Below, in pieces: positions 51,634 through 64,000 of a stretch of 64,000 nucleotides of DNA. Under the pieces are notes generated by a model. The model was not told where the DNA came from, did not search any database, and was given only the letters and a program-made list of their open reading frames with translations. The stretch's first letter is position 1; each line of letters begins with the position of its first letter. The stretch spans positions 1-64,000 of the forward strand of contig JAQGDQ010000239.1 in NCBI GenBank assembly GCA_030141605.1. The letters are read 5' to 3'. The DNA is from Tubiluchus corallicola. Its lineage: Eukaryota > Animalia > Priapulida. A program made the translations under genes and the position numbers.

Positions 51634-54120
51634 GATTTGGTACCTTGCTTAAAAAAGATCGCGTACTCATACGTTTACATTTTCTCAAACATAGGCGCAA
51701 TTTTCAGAGATAGATCCTTTACATTTTACGTCATATTACATTTACTTATAGGAATAAACGTTATCTGGATCCATAGGCCTATATTAATCGTTATTATTCG
51801 ATTTTTGTAAGTATTTATCATGCGAGACTACGTGTAGTGTTGAACTAGTATTGCCAAACCAGCATGTCAGCAACCTTTCTATATTCCCAAAAGTAATTAA
51901 AAATTTATTTAAATTTTCATTAACTTATTTACAGGGCCATATAAATTGATTAAGCTTCTCTGTCCTTCATTGTTGTAATAAGGTCCTTATCAGTAGGTTT
52001 CAGGCGCGTTATCTCTTCTTGCCAATGTTTAATAGCTTGCTCAAACAGCAACGAAGCGGTTGCTGCACTGGCGTCATGGTTAAAACATGCGTCGTCAAAA
52101 GCTTCTCACTCATTCATGCGATACGTGTGCGGCTGATCGTTGAATGAAGCCTTTTTCTGTTGCTTAATATTAGATATATACGTTTCGTATCGAATAATAT
52201 CTGACATCTTTATTTAGACAACATCAGGTACGTAGATTTTGTTCTTTGCTCGATTTGATAGGCAGTTGTTATTGTTTATGTTATTTTTGTTAATTAGCGC
52301 ACGAAAAGAGTGTTTTTGTTACAGGTACATAAAGCATATTTTCATATTGCCATTCTGTTTGTTGAGCTTAACATAGCAGCCTTATGCTTTATATGCAGTT
52401 ACCATTTGGTATTTGCGAATCGCACACAATATGCCCTTACGGTCAAAAGGCTGTAACAAATTGTTGGTTGTTTATAAAAGTCAGTGTTCTGTTTTGGAAT
52501 TTATGCTTTCTCGTTTTGCTCACTGAATGCACCCTACTTGTAAGCTTTCTTACCATCACAGTAGTACCCTGTTTTGGTGTTTTCTCTTTTTGATCAGTCG
52601 CAATTCCTTTGTTTGGTTTTGGCTTATGTTTTTGATCTCAAGTAGAAGCTTGACTAGACTGTTTCTTCCTAAAGTAGCTAAGAACATTGGGATAAAAACG
52701 GGATATCTGTATTGTGCTCGAAAATATTACATAGAAAATATCTATATGAATAAAAAGCAGAAAATTACATAAGGTGAACCCATTATTGAACGCTTGTTTT
52801 TTCGCTTTCCAAAAAAACTTTGTAGTCTAGTGTATGCATATGCATATGTTTATTTGGTCAGCATTTTCCACATACAGGCAAAAAAGATCACAAATCCATC
52901 TTAGTAATGTGGCTTCATATGCATATAATAAAGGTTATTTTTACATTTTTGCGTGTGAACGTTTGGTTAATAAAGCTTGTTTATCTGGTCATAATTGAGA
53001 ATTGTCAGCATTGAATTCAGAATTTTGGTAATCTGCGAGTTGAGTGCCCACTATTGACTTTCAGCGAATAATGACTATTGACCTTCGCAATGACCATTGC
53101 TGTAGAACGTGGAAGTAAATTGGAGTATACACTTGTTTTAGGGGCTAGCAGGTAATCGCAATCGAAACAGTGAAAGCACAGCTCTATTGTAATGCAAAAA
53201 ACTACAAGTTTAAAAAGGCCTCTTTTAAAAAAACTTTTTCGTAAAGGATGGTATTACTGCAAAGAATCAGTAGGTTCAGTTTATTAACATTACGATTCTG
53301 AAAAACTGTTCTTTGTTGTTTGCGGGCGGTATTATCATTATAATTGTCGATGTGGTACCTAGTTCATTTGCTGCTACCCACCGCTTTAAATAATGCAGTG
53401 TTAGAAATTTTCATACGACTTGAAATGTTCTTACGCAAGAGGTAAATTGGCTTTAATTTCTTAATTTTGTTTAAAAGGCACTGTAATTTAATTCTCTTGT
53501 GTTTTTTTAAATAAGCTAAAGCTTAATTGATAGCCTCCTGATTATTAGTAATTTCAAATGTTTTGAACCTAATTAACGTACTTAGTTAAGGATTATTTTC
53601 TATTTAGACGAATCAATATAAAATGTGGAGGACGAGAAGCAAGTTGCGTTTTCTGCTTAGATATTGTTATAATCGTGGAATTTAGCCGTCACTTTTTGTT
53701 CCTTCATCTGTTTCTACTGCTTTTGAAAAAAATGTTACATGTCTATAATTTCTTTGCAAGACAATTCACTTGACAAGAAAAAATCGGGTTTCTAGTTTAT
53801 TCCTTTAATGTTAAACTTTTTATACGGCGCATTTATCAACTATTTAATTAATGCATGGTATAATGGGTCACTTGCATAAACCGTAAATTGTTTACCTGAG
53901 GGTACATCAGCTGCAGTTGTGAGTAGAAGCCACTCTGTTGATTATGCTGCTCAACACTCTGCAAACCACAATCAACTTTAACCGTAGGGTCTTCCTTCAT
54001 TAAATATGAACGGACACGGAACTAGTTTTCTCTATGAAGCTGTTTATCAGAAGTATATTAGACATGTGTGTGTACGTTCTTCCTCAGCGATATAACCATG
54101 GACAGGTAAAGCTGTATTTG

Positions 54121-54596
54121 GTGGGTTATTAGTGCCAAATATGTATGCTGCTCAAGCATGGTTTAATTGGATGAAAAAGCACGCATGCTTTTGGAATAAT
54201 GACGTGTGCTTTTCGTGAAAATACACTCGCCATTTGTGAGAAGACATCGTGGATGAAGCAAGAAACGCCTTAACTCCTTCATTTTCCCTGATTGCTGTAC
54301 AATACAAAACTCATTGTTATTGAGTATACGCGTGCTTTTTGGAAAGGATAATTTGGGAAAACATAGGCGGAGTTAAGGTGCTTCTTATTCCATCCAATCA
54401 ATTTGCGGGGAAAAAATGGCACATCTTTGCAGAAAAGATGTATGTATTTTCAAAAAATGTCATTATTCCGAAAGCACGCGTGTGCTTTCCAATCGAATTG
54501 CGAGAAATACGTCAGAAGTTGTAAAATGAGTTAAAGGATGCATGCAATTATTAGACCATGTCTGACTGGCATACGTGTTTGGCACTAATACCCCGC
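54121..54596. mobile_element. MITE with ~45-bp imperfect TIRs (PIF/Harbinger-like ends)
   Basis: gtgggttattagtgccaaatatgtatgc pairs with gcatacgtgtttggcactaataccccgc. Internal palindromic aaagcacgc(a/g)tgcttt motifs. Confidence 0.75.
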
Positions 54597-56849
54597 TATA
54601 AAGCTCAATATATGCAGCACTAACCAGGCTTGGCATTGCTTAATTTCTTATCCAAGCACACAGTGACATTAGCTAATTTCCGTAATATGGCCTATTTATC
54701 CCCATAATATGGACGTATGTAAAGCTATACAATCTTTGACATATGAACAAGTGTTTGCAATGCCTGTGCTTGTGTGTGCGTGCGTGTGTGTTTGTGCATG
54801 CGTGTGTGTAGGTGTATTGTGTTAGTGAAATTCTGTAACTGCAATGATTTGCAAAGACTGAAACAAATAGCTCAACTTGATTACAAACTTATTCTTTTTT
54901 CACTCCCTCCCATTGTAGATCATGACAGATCGAATGTAGATGTTTTTGTGTACCGTACATCAGTTTACATCGTAATTATGAAATACCACTAACCCCAACT
55001 GTAACTCATATTAACTTTAACTAGCAGGGATATGTTGTTAATTTTTTTCTCACTAGTAATTCTAGTGGCCTAACATAAGCTTACTTCCTAGGTCTGTAGC
55101 GCAGAATTTAAGAATTGTATCTTAATTTTGTAGTACTAACGAAAATTTGATTTATAAATGCATAAGTATTTGTTTATTATGCGGAATAAATTGATTGAAT
55201 TGTGGATGTACTGTTACTACAGATTATTCAGGGGCGAAGTCAGTAAATTGGCTTAACCTAAAATGTATCATTAGCAGAGTGAGTCATATAATGTAATGTT
55301 TGACGGTCTGACATAGTACAGTTATTCAGTATGTAATGCAGGTTTCCGAGAAATTTGCAAAATTTAACCAACGTTTTAATCTCACCACGATGTCCGTTCT
55401 AAACCTGGTTATATAAAAGATTCTTTTAATTATTATTTGTATGTGCGATTAACAGTTCTGACGTTATGAGAACATTAGAAATAAATATATAAAACCATGA
55501 TTTGATTCTCTTGAAATTTTATAAATTTTAATTTTAAATTGGATAAAGCCTAGAAGACAGAGAGCTAAAAGTAAGCTAACTATAAACTTTTATAAAAAGA
55601 ACCTGTATTTAATTATTCAACACGAAATCACAAATCAAGCAGTATTCTATCACGAGTACGTTGCAAGACTATTACTTATTACAAGGATTGCCAAGGCTAT
55701 AAGACTGATATTTTAGTATAAGCAGCACTGTTTGCTACGGGAAAGCATGGCTGTAGTCAAAAAACGCTGATTCTTTCAGAGATTATGTAAATGTACCAAA
55801 TCCATCAATGCTTGAGACGAGTAAAGTTGTAATCGAGGTTACACATCTGTCGTAGTTACCCATTAAGTCCCACTTATTATTGCCATCGCCTGGTGAAAAA
55901 TATTAGTGAAACACGTAGAAAGGCTTTATAACAATGGCAAGCATACTCGCACATTACATCTACTCAAGGCAATGCCTAGTCATGTGGGTATAAGTGTTGA
56001 ACAAAAGCAAGCATACACAATGAGAAACCAGAAAAATTATATTGCAGCCTATTCAATGAATATTTTAGACGTATGTAATGTTGAAACATGATTCATAATT
56101 CTGCACTGCAACGTTTCTCAGGATACTGTGTCAACACAATTACAAAAGCCGTTAAGGAAATTTTGTATTTACTCGTTGAATAGAACTCCTTGAAAAGAGC
56201 TCTATATTTACTCATTTAGTTATAGAGAAGGATTACGAGGCATGTTTGCAGAATAGACTATTCTGTCGATTGCTTCAAAATAAAACTGAAGTTTAAAATG
56301 ATCGTTAGTCATTGTCCTACAGCGATTTTTGATTGTTTTTGATAGATTCTTCATGTTTATTTGCTCGTCTAATTTCCTTGACGATATGTGAACATTGAAC
56401 AACTGTCGTGCGACGTCTGTCGAGCGTCGATCACAATTGACTTAATTTTCTATAATTAGCCAACATCTTTTATCTCAGGTCGTAAACTTTTGGTGTACAG
56501 CAAACTTTGGCGTAAGTTGCATGTCATGTGTCAAAATGAATGAGCTAAGGTTGAAAGGTCGCGACCTAGAGGATCATGAATGTTCAAGTTAATCGGATTT
56601 TGCACATTCGTATGCTAATAATCTACATGATGTATGCGGTAAACAAATGTTTTTAGCACTAGATTATATGACCTTTTAAAAGTCCAGCAGTTGCTATGGT
56701 GTACAAGGTTTTAATTTGGCGGTTGCTACGGTGTAAACATGACTATTTCTTCCAAAACAGATAAAGTACATATTTTTTGACAATTTTGAGGCCAAATAGA
56801 TGCAATATACAGAAAACATTGCAATGCTATCGCTTTTGACACAGTCAAA

Positions 56850-57265
56850 ATTTTGGCGTACCTGGGGTCACCTAAAGGTCATCTCCAGGGAACTTTTCAA
56901 ACATACCTTGTGTATATATCAAATCAAATCTTAGGGCGAGATGGGTTTGACCCTGCCACATTTTGGCACAGCTGGGATCACCTAAAGGGAATCCACAAGG
57001 TATGTATCAAACATAGTGTGTAATATATTCGAATAAAGCTTATGCCGAGGCGGTTTGACATCGGCCGTCGTTGACAAGTGACTTCATTTGCTTTATTTTA
57101 CCAAAATGTTTCATCCCTCGTAATGTCTAAAATGTATGTCAAACTGAATGACCAAGGTCAAAAATTATGGGCCATCTGGACTCACTCATAGGGCATCTAG
57201 AGGGAATGTCGCAAACAATTGTGCAATAATTATAGCAAATTAATTACGCTGCGAGATGGGTTCAC
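56850..57265. repeat. Diverged ~110-bp tandem repeats (3 copies)
   Basis: Recurring ttttggc...ctggg.tcacctaaagg.atc..cagg...caaaca...gagatgggtt at ~56851, ~56961 and ~57168. Confidence 0.7.
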
Positions 57266-60254
57266 AAAGTTCATGAAGAGGTCTGGGCTCAATGGACGTC
57301 ACAACAAAAACGCTTAGGTCACAGGAGTGAAGGCTTCCTTTTCATAAAATAACTAATTAGGTTTTTGAAACTACTTACTAACTCACTTACATAATTGTTT
57401 TCCAATTCACTCACGCACTTTTACTTAGTTCGATAGTTACTTTTGGTTTCACAGCAATAATGATGCCTTGTTGTTTTTGTCTATGCTGAACTCAGTTAAT
57501 TGACTAGAAAATCAGGTTTGCATAATATTATACAATTTTTCATCAGGGGACCTACACCGTGACGATCTGGTTTATACTGTTGTACAAAATACCAAATTTT
57601 GGAAATATGTATGCATACTGTATGCTAGTAGATAATCAATTCTCTGACGTTCGTAAAATCATTACTTAGTGAATCAAGCCACGCTTGTGAAATAATTAAC
57701 TCCGTAAGTTCGGTGTTAATAATTATTGACTTTTTAAGATCTTTTGAGTCTGCCACCTGATGCTATTGTTAATTATTTTTCGTGTAACTTTAAGCAGAGT
57801 GTATATTCTGGTTTAAAAATTAAGCAGTGCTGCAAGTACAATAGATGACTGTTTACAAAACCATGTATGTGATACACAGTGTATATAATCATAGTAACTT
57901 CTGTGGTTGGTTACATCAGAACAAGACTGAATGAATTCAGATCCAAATCCGCGAGCGTAAGCCGTAATCATGTTTACACTGATTATACCTGGTGGAGTGC
58001 GGTTAACATGTCAATGTACATTATTATTCACTGAAGTGTGACTAACCAATGTATATGGTGCTCGTGACTAATTATTGCTAGACTGTATCTGGTCTAATGT
58101 GGGTTACTCATGTGTGATTGAGCAGTTTGCCTTAATTTTCACGTTTCGACTCCCACCTCGGGGCCTTAAACAATTCCATTTCGAGCATGACAGTGTTTAC
58201 CACTTGACTATATACAATGCAGCTTACTCATGTGCGATTAACTGTTTAACAAACATAAAAAACTAGATGATTTACTGGATGGTTGCCTAAAGTTCTTCTG
58301 GAATTCCCGCTGCTCGCGGGTCACATTTTGGCTCCTGTCTCGAACATCCTAAGTTTTTGCATTGTCTGAGTCCATCCTGCCGGTTTCTAGTTATTATGGT
58401 TTTAGGGTTGTCCGATGTTGTGCGTTGAACTCCGCGAACATCGACTTTGTTTATCATTTATAGTGCTTAGTCCAGTGTGGTTTACTCATGCAAAAAACTG
58501 TAGATTGTTACCCCACAATATATTTGTGGTGCAACTTGTTAAAAATCTGTATTTGTAGTGAAAAAATCTGAATTCGAAACCTACGAGGAGTTGAATGGCA
58601 ATCAAAATATTAACTGATATCCAGTGTCTTTGACGGTCATCGTTCACCATACCACTTTTAAGACCCCTATGGCAAGTATCTACATTGCAAGTTTCGTGAC
58701 TTTGGCTGTTAACATGAACTGAAAAGTGGAGCGCTGGATGCTTAACATAAGGTAAAAAATTACCTTATGGGTTCTCCTAGATCCGCAACAATAGTGCTCG
58801 CAGATAAAAATTGTTATTATTGAGGCTTTTTACAGTTCCGGCGATTGATGATGATCATGAAAAGGTCAGAAGTTAAGTGTACCAGACAACGCATTTGTAT
58901 ACACTTGACACTGCTTTTCAGTCCACGCTCTTGTAATAGTAACAGTTTTAACAGCTAGCTAGAACCTTACCTAGTTCATTTTTTCTTGTTCCCAAGCAAG
59001 ATCCTGCCAGTAAATCACTCTATGCACTGACTAATGCACAAATAAGTAAAGTCCACATAAAACGACCACAATTACTGAACTGACGCGGCAGACGGCTGTG
59101 CTTTACCCACATGTCACATACTGGTTGTTGTTAAGACGTGTTGCTGTGGTACATTTAACCATTGACCTTCAGAAACTGCGCGAGCGTAGAACGAAACTGT
59201 GGAAAGGCTTATTAGTATACGATGGACTATATTGACAAAGCACGATAATTTTGTCTTTGTATTTTTGTTTGGGCAGTGATAGCACACAAGCACTTGCCGA
59301 TAAATCACCTATATGTAAACTATGTGTCAGATTTATGAAAGCAGTTACCTAGCTAATTAAAGAAATTAACAAGGTCTTTGTCTGGCAAGTTCATCATTTA
59401 AACATGTCTTAAACTCTGCTGCAGCTCCACTTGATGTTCGGTTTGGAAAGTTGGAGATTATAATCATTATGAAATCGTAAAGCAGAAAGGCTTCTTCTAT
59501 TATAAAGTTTGTTACGGTGATAATAATTTAAAAAAATCATTTCTCTCACCTGCGAGTGAGTCAGTGAACTTGAGTAATGGTAGTCTAACTTTAAAGTCTA
59601 AGTTACACCGAACTAGGCTCATCGCAGTCTCCTAATAAATTAATGTGAACGTATTTCGTTTAATATTAACATGAGCTCTGTTTTAAAAAGCAAGATCTCG
59701 CGAATTTTGCTACTATTTTACGTTTTCTGATTCAAGCCAGTGTGGAGGACGGTAAACTATGCTGAGCCTTATTTTACTGTCTTCGCAGTATTAGAACTAT
59801 TCATTGTTTTCTATAGTAGCAATATCTATATATTTAACCAGAAACTTGCAGCACGTCTAATTCCCGATATACGGACTTCTGACTTTAATAAAGCAAGCCT
59901 GGCGGCTTTGCCTGTGATGACTATTGATCTCATATTGCACAGATTTTGGATCACTTGTAGGAAAAATCATTAGACGCTACATATCATCCAGCAATTTATG
60001 TAGTAGCTTTGACATCAGAATCTCCAGGATCGTCTGTAAGTAATAATCCATGTAAAGCGGTGCGTGTATGTGTGTTGTGAAGCCATGCTATGAATACCCG
60101 TCACATTGTGTTAGTGAATCCCCTGCATGTGCACGCTCTGTCGGTTACCGCATGCTGAGTGCTGGGAAAATATCCTGCTGCAGGTGGCTGTCAATCAAGC
60201 AAATAAAGCTAACGTCTTGACAAAATTTAGAGCACCATTTAGAGAATTACATCT

Positions 60255-60510
60255 GCAACAACAACAACTGTAATAACAACAATAATTATAGAGAACAACA
60301 GAAGCAGCATCAGGCGCAAACAACATTGATAACGTTAATGACAAAGAACAATAAAAAAACAAGAGCGAAAGCAACAGCTTGATAACAAAACAACAATAAC
60401 AACAGTGGTGGCATGTTTGCAACAAGTCAACAACAACACTATAGCTGATTTCATCGCTACTACTGCACCAAGAAAATCTAATGCAGCAGCAACGGTAAAA
60501 ACTGCAACAA
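60255..60510. repeat. Degenerate (CAA)n/(CAG)n low-complexity tract
   Basis: caacaacaacaac, aacaacagaagcagc and similar runs; these explain the Cys-rich spurious ORFs here. Confidence 0.8.
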
Positions 60511-61924
60511 CGGGCATTTAAAAAACACATTATGCAGATAGAGCAATATGCATAGTATTTGATGAGATATTTTTGACTTTTTTTTCAAGTCTCAAAATAT
60601 TTTACATAATGACAGATAATCTCGACGCTACTCATGATATTATTGCAACGATGCCAGGGATATTTAACCTTTCTTATATTTTTATTAACGTAATAAAGAC
60701 GTCGTTATTTTTCTTTCCTTCTGGGTATTTAAGTTTACGTGTGTGTGATTTGTTTTCGGAGAGCGCTAGTTACTGATATATCACTGGAACACGCACAACC
60801 GCTCACGCGGGCGTGTCAAGCAGTGGCTGCGGGATAATGCGATATTTTTCTCAGCTGAGTGCATTAGAAGCCTGACAGCAAATAAGAGAAATGGCTCGCG
60901 TGTAATTGTAGGCTTCGGTTTAATGTCACCCCTGATGGCTAATGTTGATGGCGATCCTCCGATGCAGATGGTTAATAACTGATAATTAATCTATGAATTA
61001 AAGTTGAATACCTGGAGAATGGTGATGGACTTTGCCACATAGGACTTCTCAAGTAGAAGACGTTTAACTACAATTCACACATACTAGTACAGCTGTCTTG
61101 TCACGAATCGCGTTTCATTATTTTTGTACTAGGTCAGTTAATAATTGCTTTGTTCGTTTCGTCCTGTGGTATGCTAGGAACCAGTTACCACTCCCTTGTT
61201 GTTGTAAATAAAAACTTTGCATTTCATATCACGTCGTTCGTCTTATACTGTAGTAGGATCACCTCCCCGTAGTGTAATTTAGTATTATATAAAACTGTCA
61301 TTTTATGTAGTATATCCGTATAAAATTCCTTGTAACTTATTTTTCTTTAATGGTCTGTCTTGAAGGTATACGGGTAGACGTGTCCAGTAATCCTTAGCTC
61401 TTGGTTTTGTTTGGTTGTTATTTGAAATGGAGGTAATTTGGTTTTTGCAGCTTCTGAAGTAATAATGATGTTTCTTTTGCCGTGTTGTGTGTTATTTTGA
61501 GATGGTTTTTGATTTGTGATTATGCTGGTCTCTGATGCTAACAGTATTTTAATTTATTGTTGTTGGACTGTCAAATGTTTATTTTTTAATTCTTATGTTT
61601 GAATGTTGGAGTTGTTATAAAGTTTAGTGACGAAGTGTTTTGACTGTTGTGTTTTTTCAGATTGTTTTGTTGATTTGTTTATTTTGATTTATTTATTTAT
61701 AGCAAAGAATAAATTTTTAACAAATAAGCATTATAGATATTTACATTGTGCAATGTCGAAAATGTACGCTTATTTGTTTATGACATTTTCATTCGTTTAA
61801 ATTTCGCTTTTTGTAACAAAATTGAATTGTGTTAAAAGACTTATGATACATACTTTCGGTGGACAAAGCACATCTGGCTGTTCACTTTTTCACTTGTAAC
61901 TCTGTCACGCATTCCCTCGTCAAG

Positions 61925-61929
<5 letters not shown>

Positions 61930-62008
<79 letters not shown>
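61930..62008. repeat. (TA)n microsatellite, ~40 units
   Basis: Uninterrupted tatata run. Confidence 0.99.
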
Positions 62009-62011
<3 letters not shown>

Positions 62012-64000
62012 TGTTGACAACTGCTTATTAACTATTTCTTGGAAATTTACATATAATAACTCGGCGTGCATATCCCTTAATATTTCCAGCATAACAACTT
62101 TTATAAGCAACTTTAAAAATTTCAGAGTTTTCCATCTTTTTATTTTTGTACTCTGCCTTCCCACTAGTGGTCTACTTCGTCTGTAACGATCTTTTTTATA
62201 AAAAAATGTTCTTGTGAGTGACATAGTTTTTATCAACGGCAACAATTCACCTTTATTAAGTCTCCAAATGATGATTGTCGTCACCTTCATACGTGTATAC
62301 TTAATTGTTTACGTGATAAAATTTAAATTTTGATGCTATCTAGCAGATCTGTAACATTTCATTTGGGTTTATTTAAGTACGTTACAAATCGATATTGATT
62401 TTTCCGAAGGCAGTCTTTCAAAGCGGAAAGCAAAGTTACAAGTGATTAGGCCAAATTGAATGTTTCTGCTGTTCGGATAAAGTTTGCATCGTGGAAACCA
62501 CCTACCCTCATCTTGTATTCAGTCATTAACCACTTGCAGCTTTGTTGATTTGTATTCAGTTGACGATTCTACATGACTTCAAATTGCCTTCAATACGTTA
62601 ATGAAAATGCACGGCTTGTAAGCGGGTACAAGACTCTTAATTGTTTTCTGAAAGTCTTTCGTCGAATCATTCACTAGTTTCAGTAGTTTGTGCAATGCCA
62701 CTGTTAACTCAACCAAGGCAAGTTGGTTCGTGTTAAATAACTAAAAAGTGAGTTATAAATTGTAGTCTATATGACACACTCTGTGCAGTCAATGAATGTT
62801 AATCATGCTTATGGTAACTATAATTAAGAAATCAACTTTTGCCTTATTAATCACGCTAACTTCGCCCATTGCATCTGTTGCTCGCCTTTATGGTAGATGG
62901 ATGGTACTAAATTGCCACAGTGCTATATTGATCTGTGAATATTTTTGTCTGTCAAGTCATACCTGCGTTACAAAATGTTCAGCATGGTTGGGTAGGTTCT
63001 TATATTTTGTATTAAGAAAGTTACGGAACAGGTTTGCTATAACGTCTGACCGTCTGCTATTGCTGATTTTATCTGTCCAAGTGCTCTTCGGGAGACCCCA
63101 GCTTTGGATACAAAAAATTATGTAGCGAAAGAACATGATAAAGCTGAGTAAACTGAATAAAAATTGATTAAACCAAGCTTTTAAGGAGTTTCAAGCCGGC
63201 TATGATGCTGATACTTGACAAGTAATCGATTACTTTCCTGCATTTTCCAACTTTAACTGGTTTTTAATAGTCACGTGTTTAGTTTCTAGATTCACCAGGC
63301 GTATAATTTCTCACTGTTTCGCTGATGGCTTTTCTATGATCTACTATCTGCTTGCCATCTTGATTCTTTCTTGGCGTCATGTGTTTTCTACTTAAACTGC
63401 AAAGTATAATATTGATACTTGAGTGATAATAAGCTTCAAAGATTTGCTGCAATAGATAGGTAATTATGATAAATTGGTATGATGCCATTATTTTTTTTCA
63501 ATTTTTGTGTTTAACTGCTTAACTTTTAAGATAACATGATAGGAAAAGTAAAATTTACACTATGTAAGGAAAATACAAGAAATCGGGAAAACTAGCTGTT
63601 AGCCTATCACTCAATGTGCTTTTATAAGCGATACTACAGTGGAAATTCATGCGACTTTCTAAATTGGTAAATGTTTTTTCATTTATGACAAACACAGATA
63701 TAAAAAGGGCATTTTAGTAGTTTTTCATCAATTTCTGTGTTTTTTTTACTTCAGCAGTACTCGCAATTTGTTTTTTTTCAAATAATCTTATCAATATTTT
63801 TACTTTTTTTTAATTGCTGGAGACTGAAGCGTTTCGCGGAGTTCTACTTCCACTCTGCAAGTCTGCACTTTCAGCAGATCTAAATTATTGAAATTTCATA
63901 GATGTAGTATATCGAGTTTATCTATATAAAAATTATTTTCATTTTATCATTCAATGTAAATCTCTTATTGGCTTTACAGTTCATTTAATTTTAAAGCAGA

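Noticed and set aside
60195-60530. Cys-rich ORFs resembling a metallothionein
   Set aside because: Antisense reading of a degenerate (CAA)n tract.
61841-62290. 149-aa ORF with an IYIYIY run
   Set aside because: Held open by the (TA)n microsatellite.

Overview
AT-rich, intron-containing genomic DNA from a eukaryote, most likely an invertebrate animal (the species cannot be determined from the sequence). The first ~38 kb holds four host genes, whose exons I assembled by hand from GT-AG junctions and reading phase: SmB/SNRPB (+, 7 coding exons), an ~851-aa protein with 11 C2H2 zinc fingers (+, 3 coding exons), PIG-F (-, intronless CDS) and RagC/D (-, 9 coding exons). Introns and intergenic DNA are full of transposon material: a ~1.5-kb near-perfect palindrome at the window start, hAT, pogo/Tigger-like and Harbinger-like MITEs, Penelope, THAP, Gypsy-gag and RTE relics, and a LINE nested inside DNA elements. 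From ~45.5 to 64 kb I found no recognisable gene. The most interesting leads are the palindrome and a phase-consistent, four-exon small ORF directly upstream of the intronless PIG-F CDS, which may indicate a bicistronic unit (speculative). All family assignments come from motif recognition; no database searches were run.
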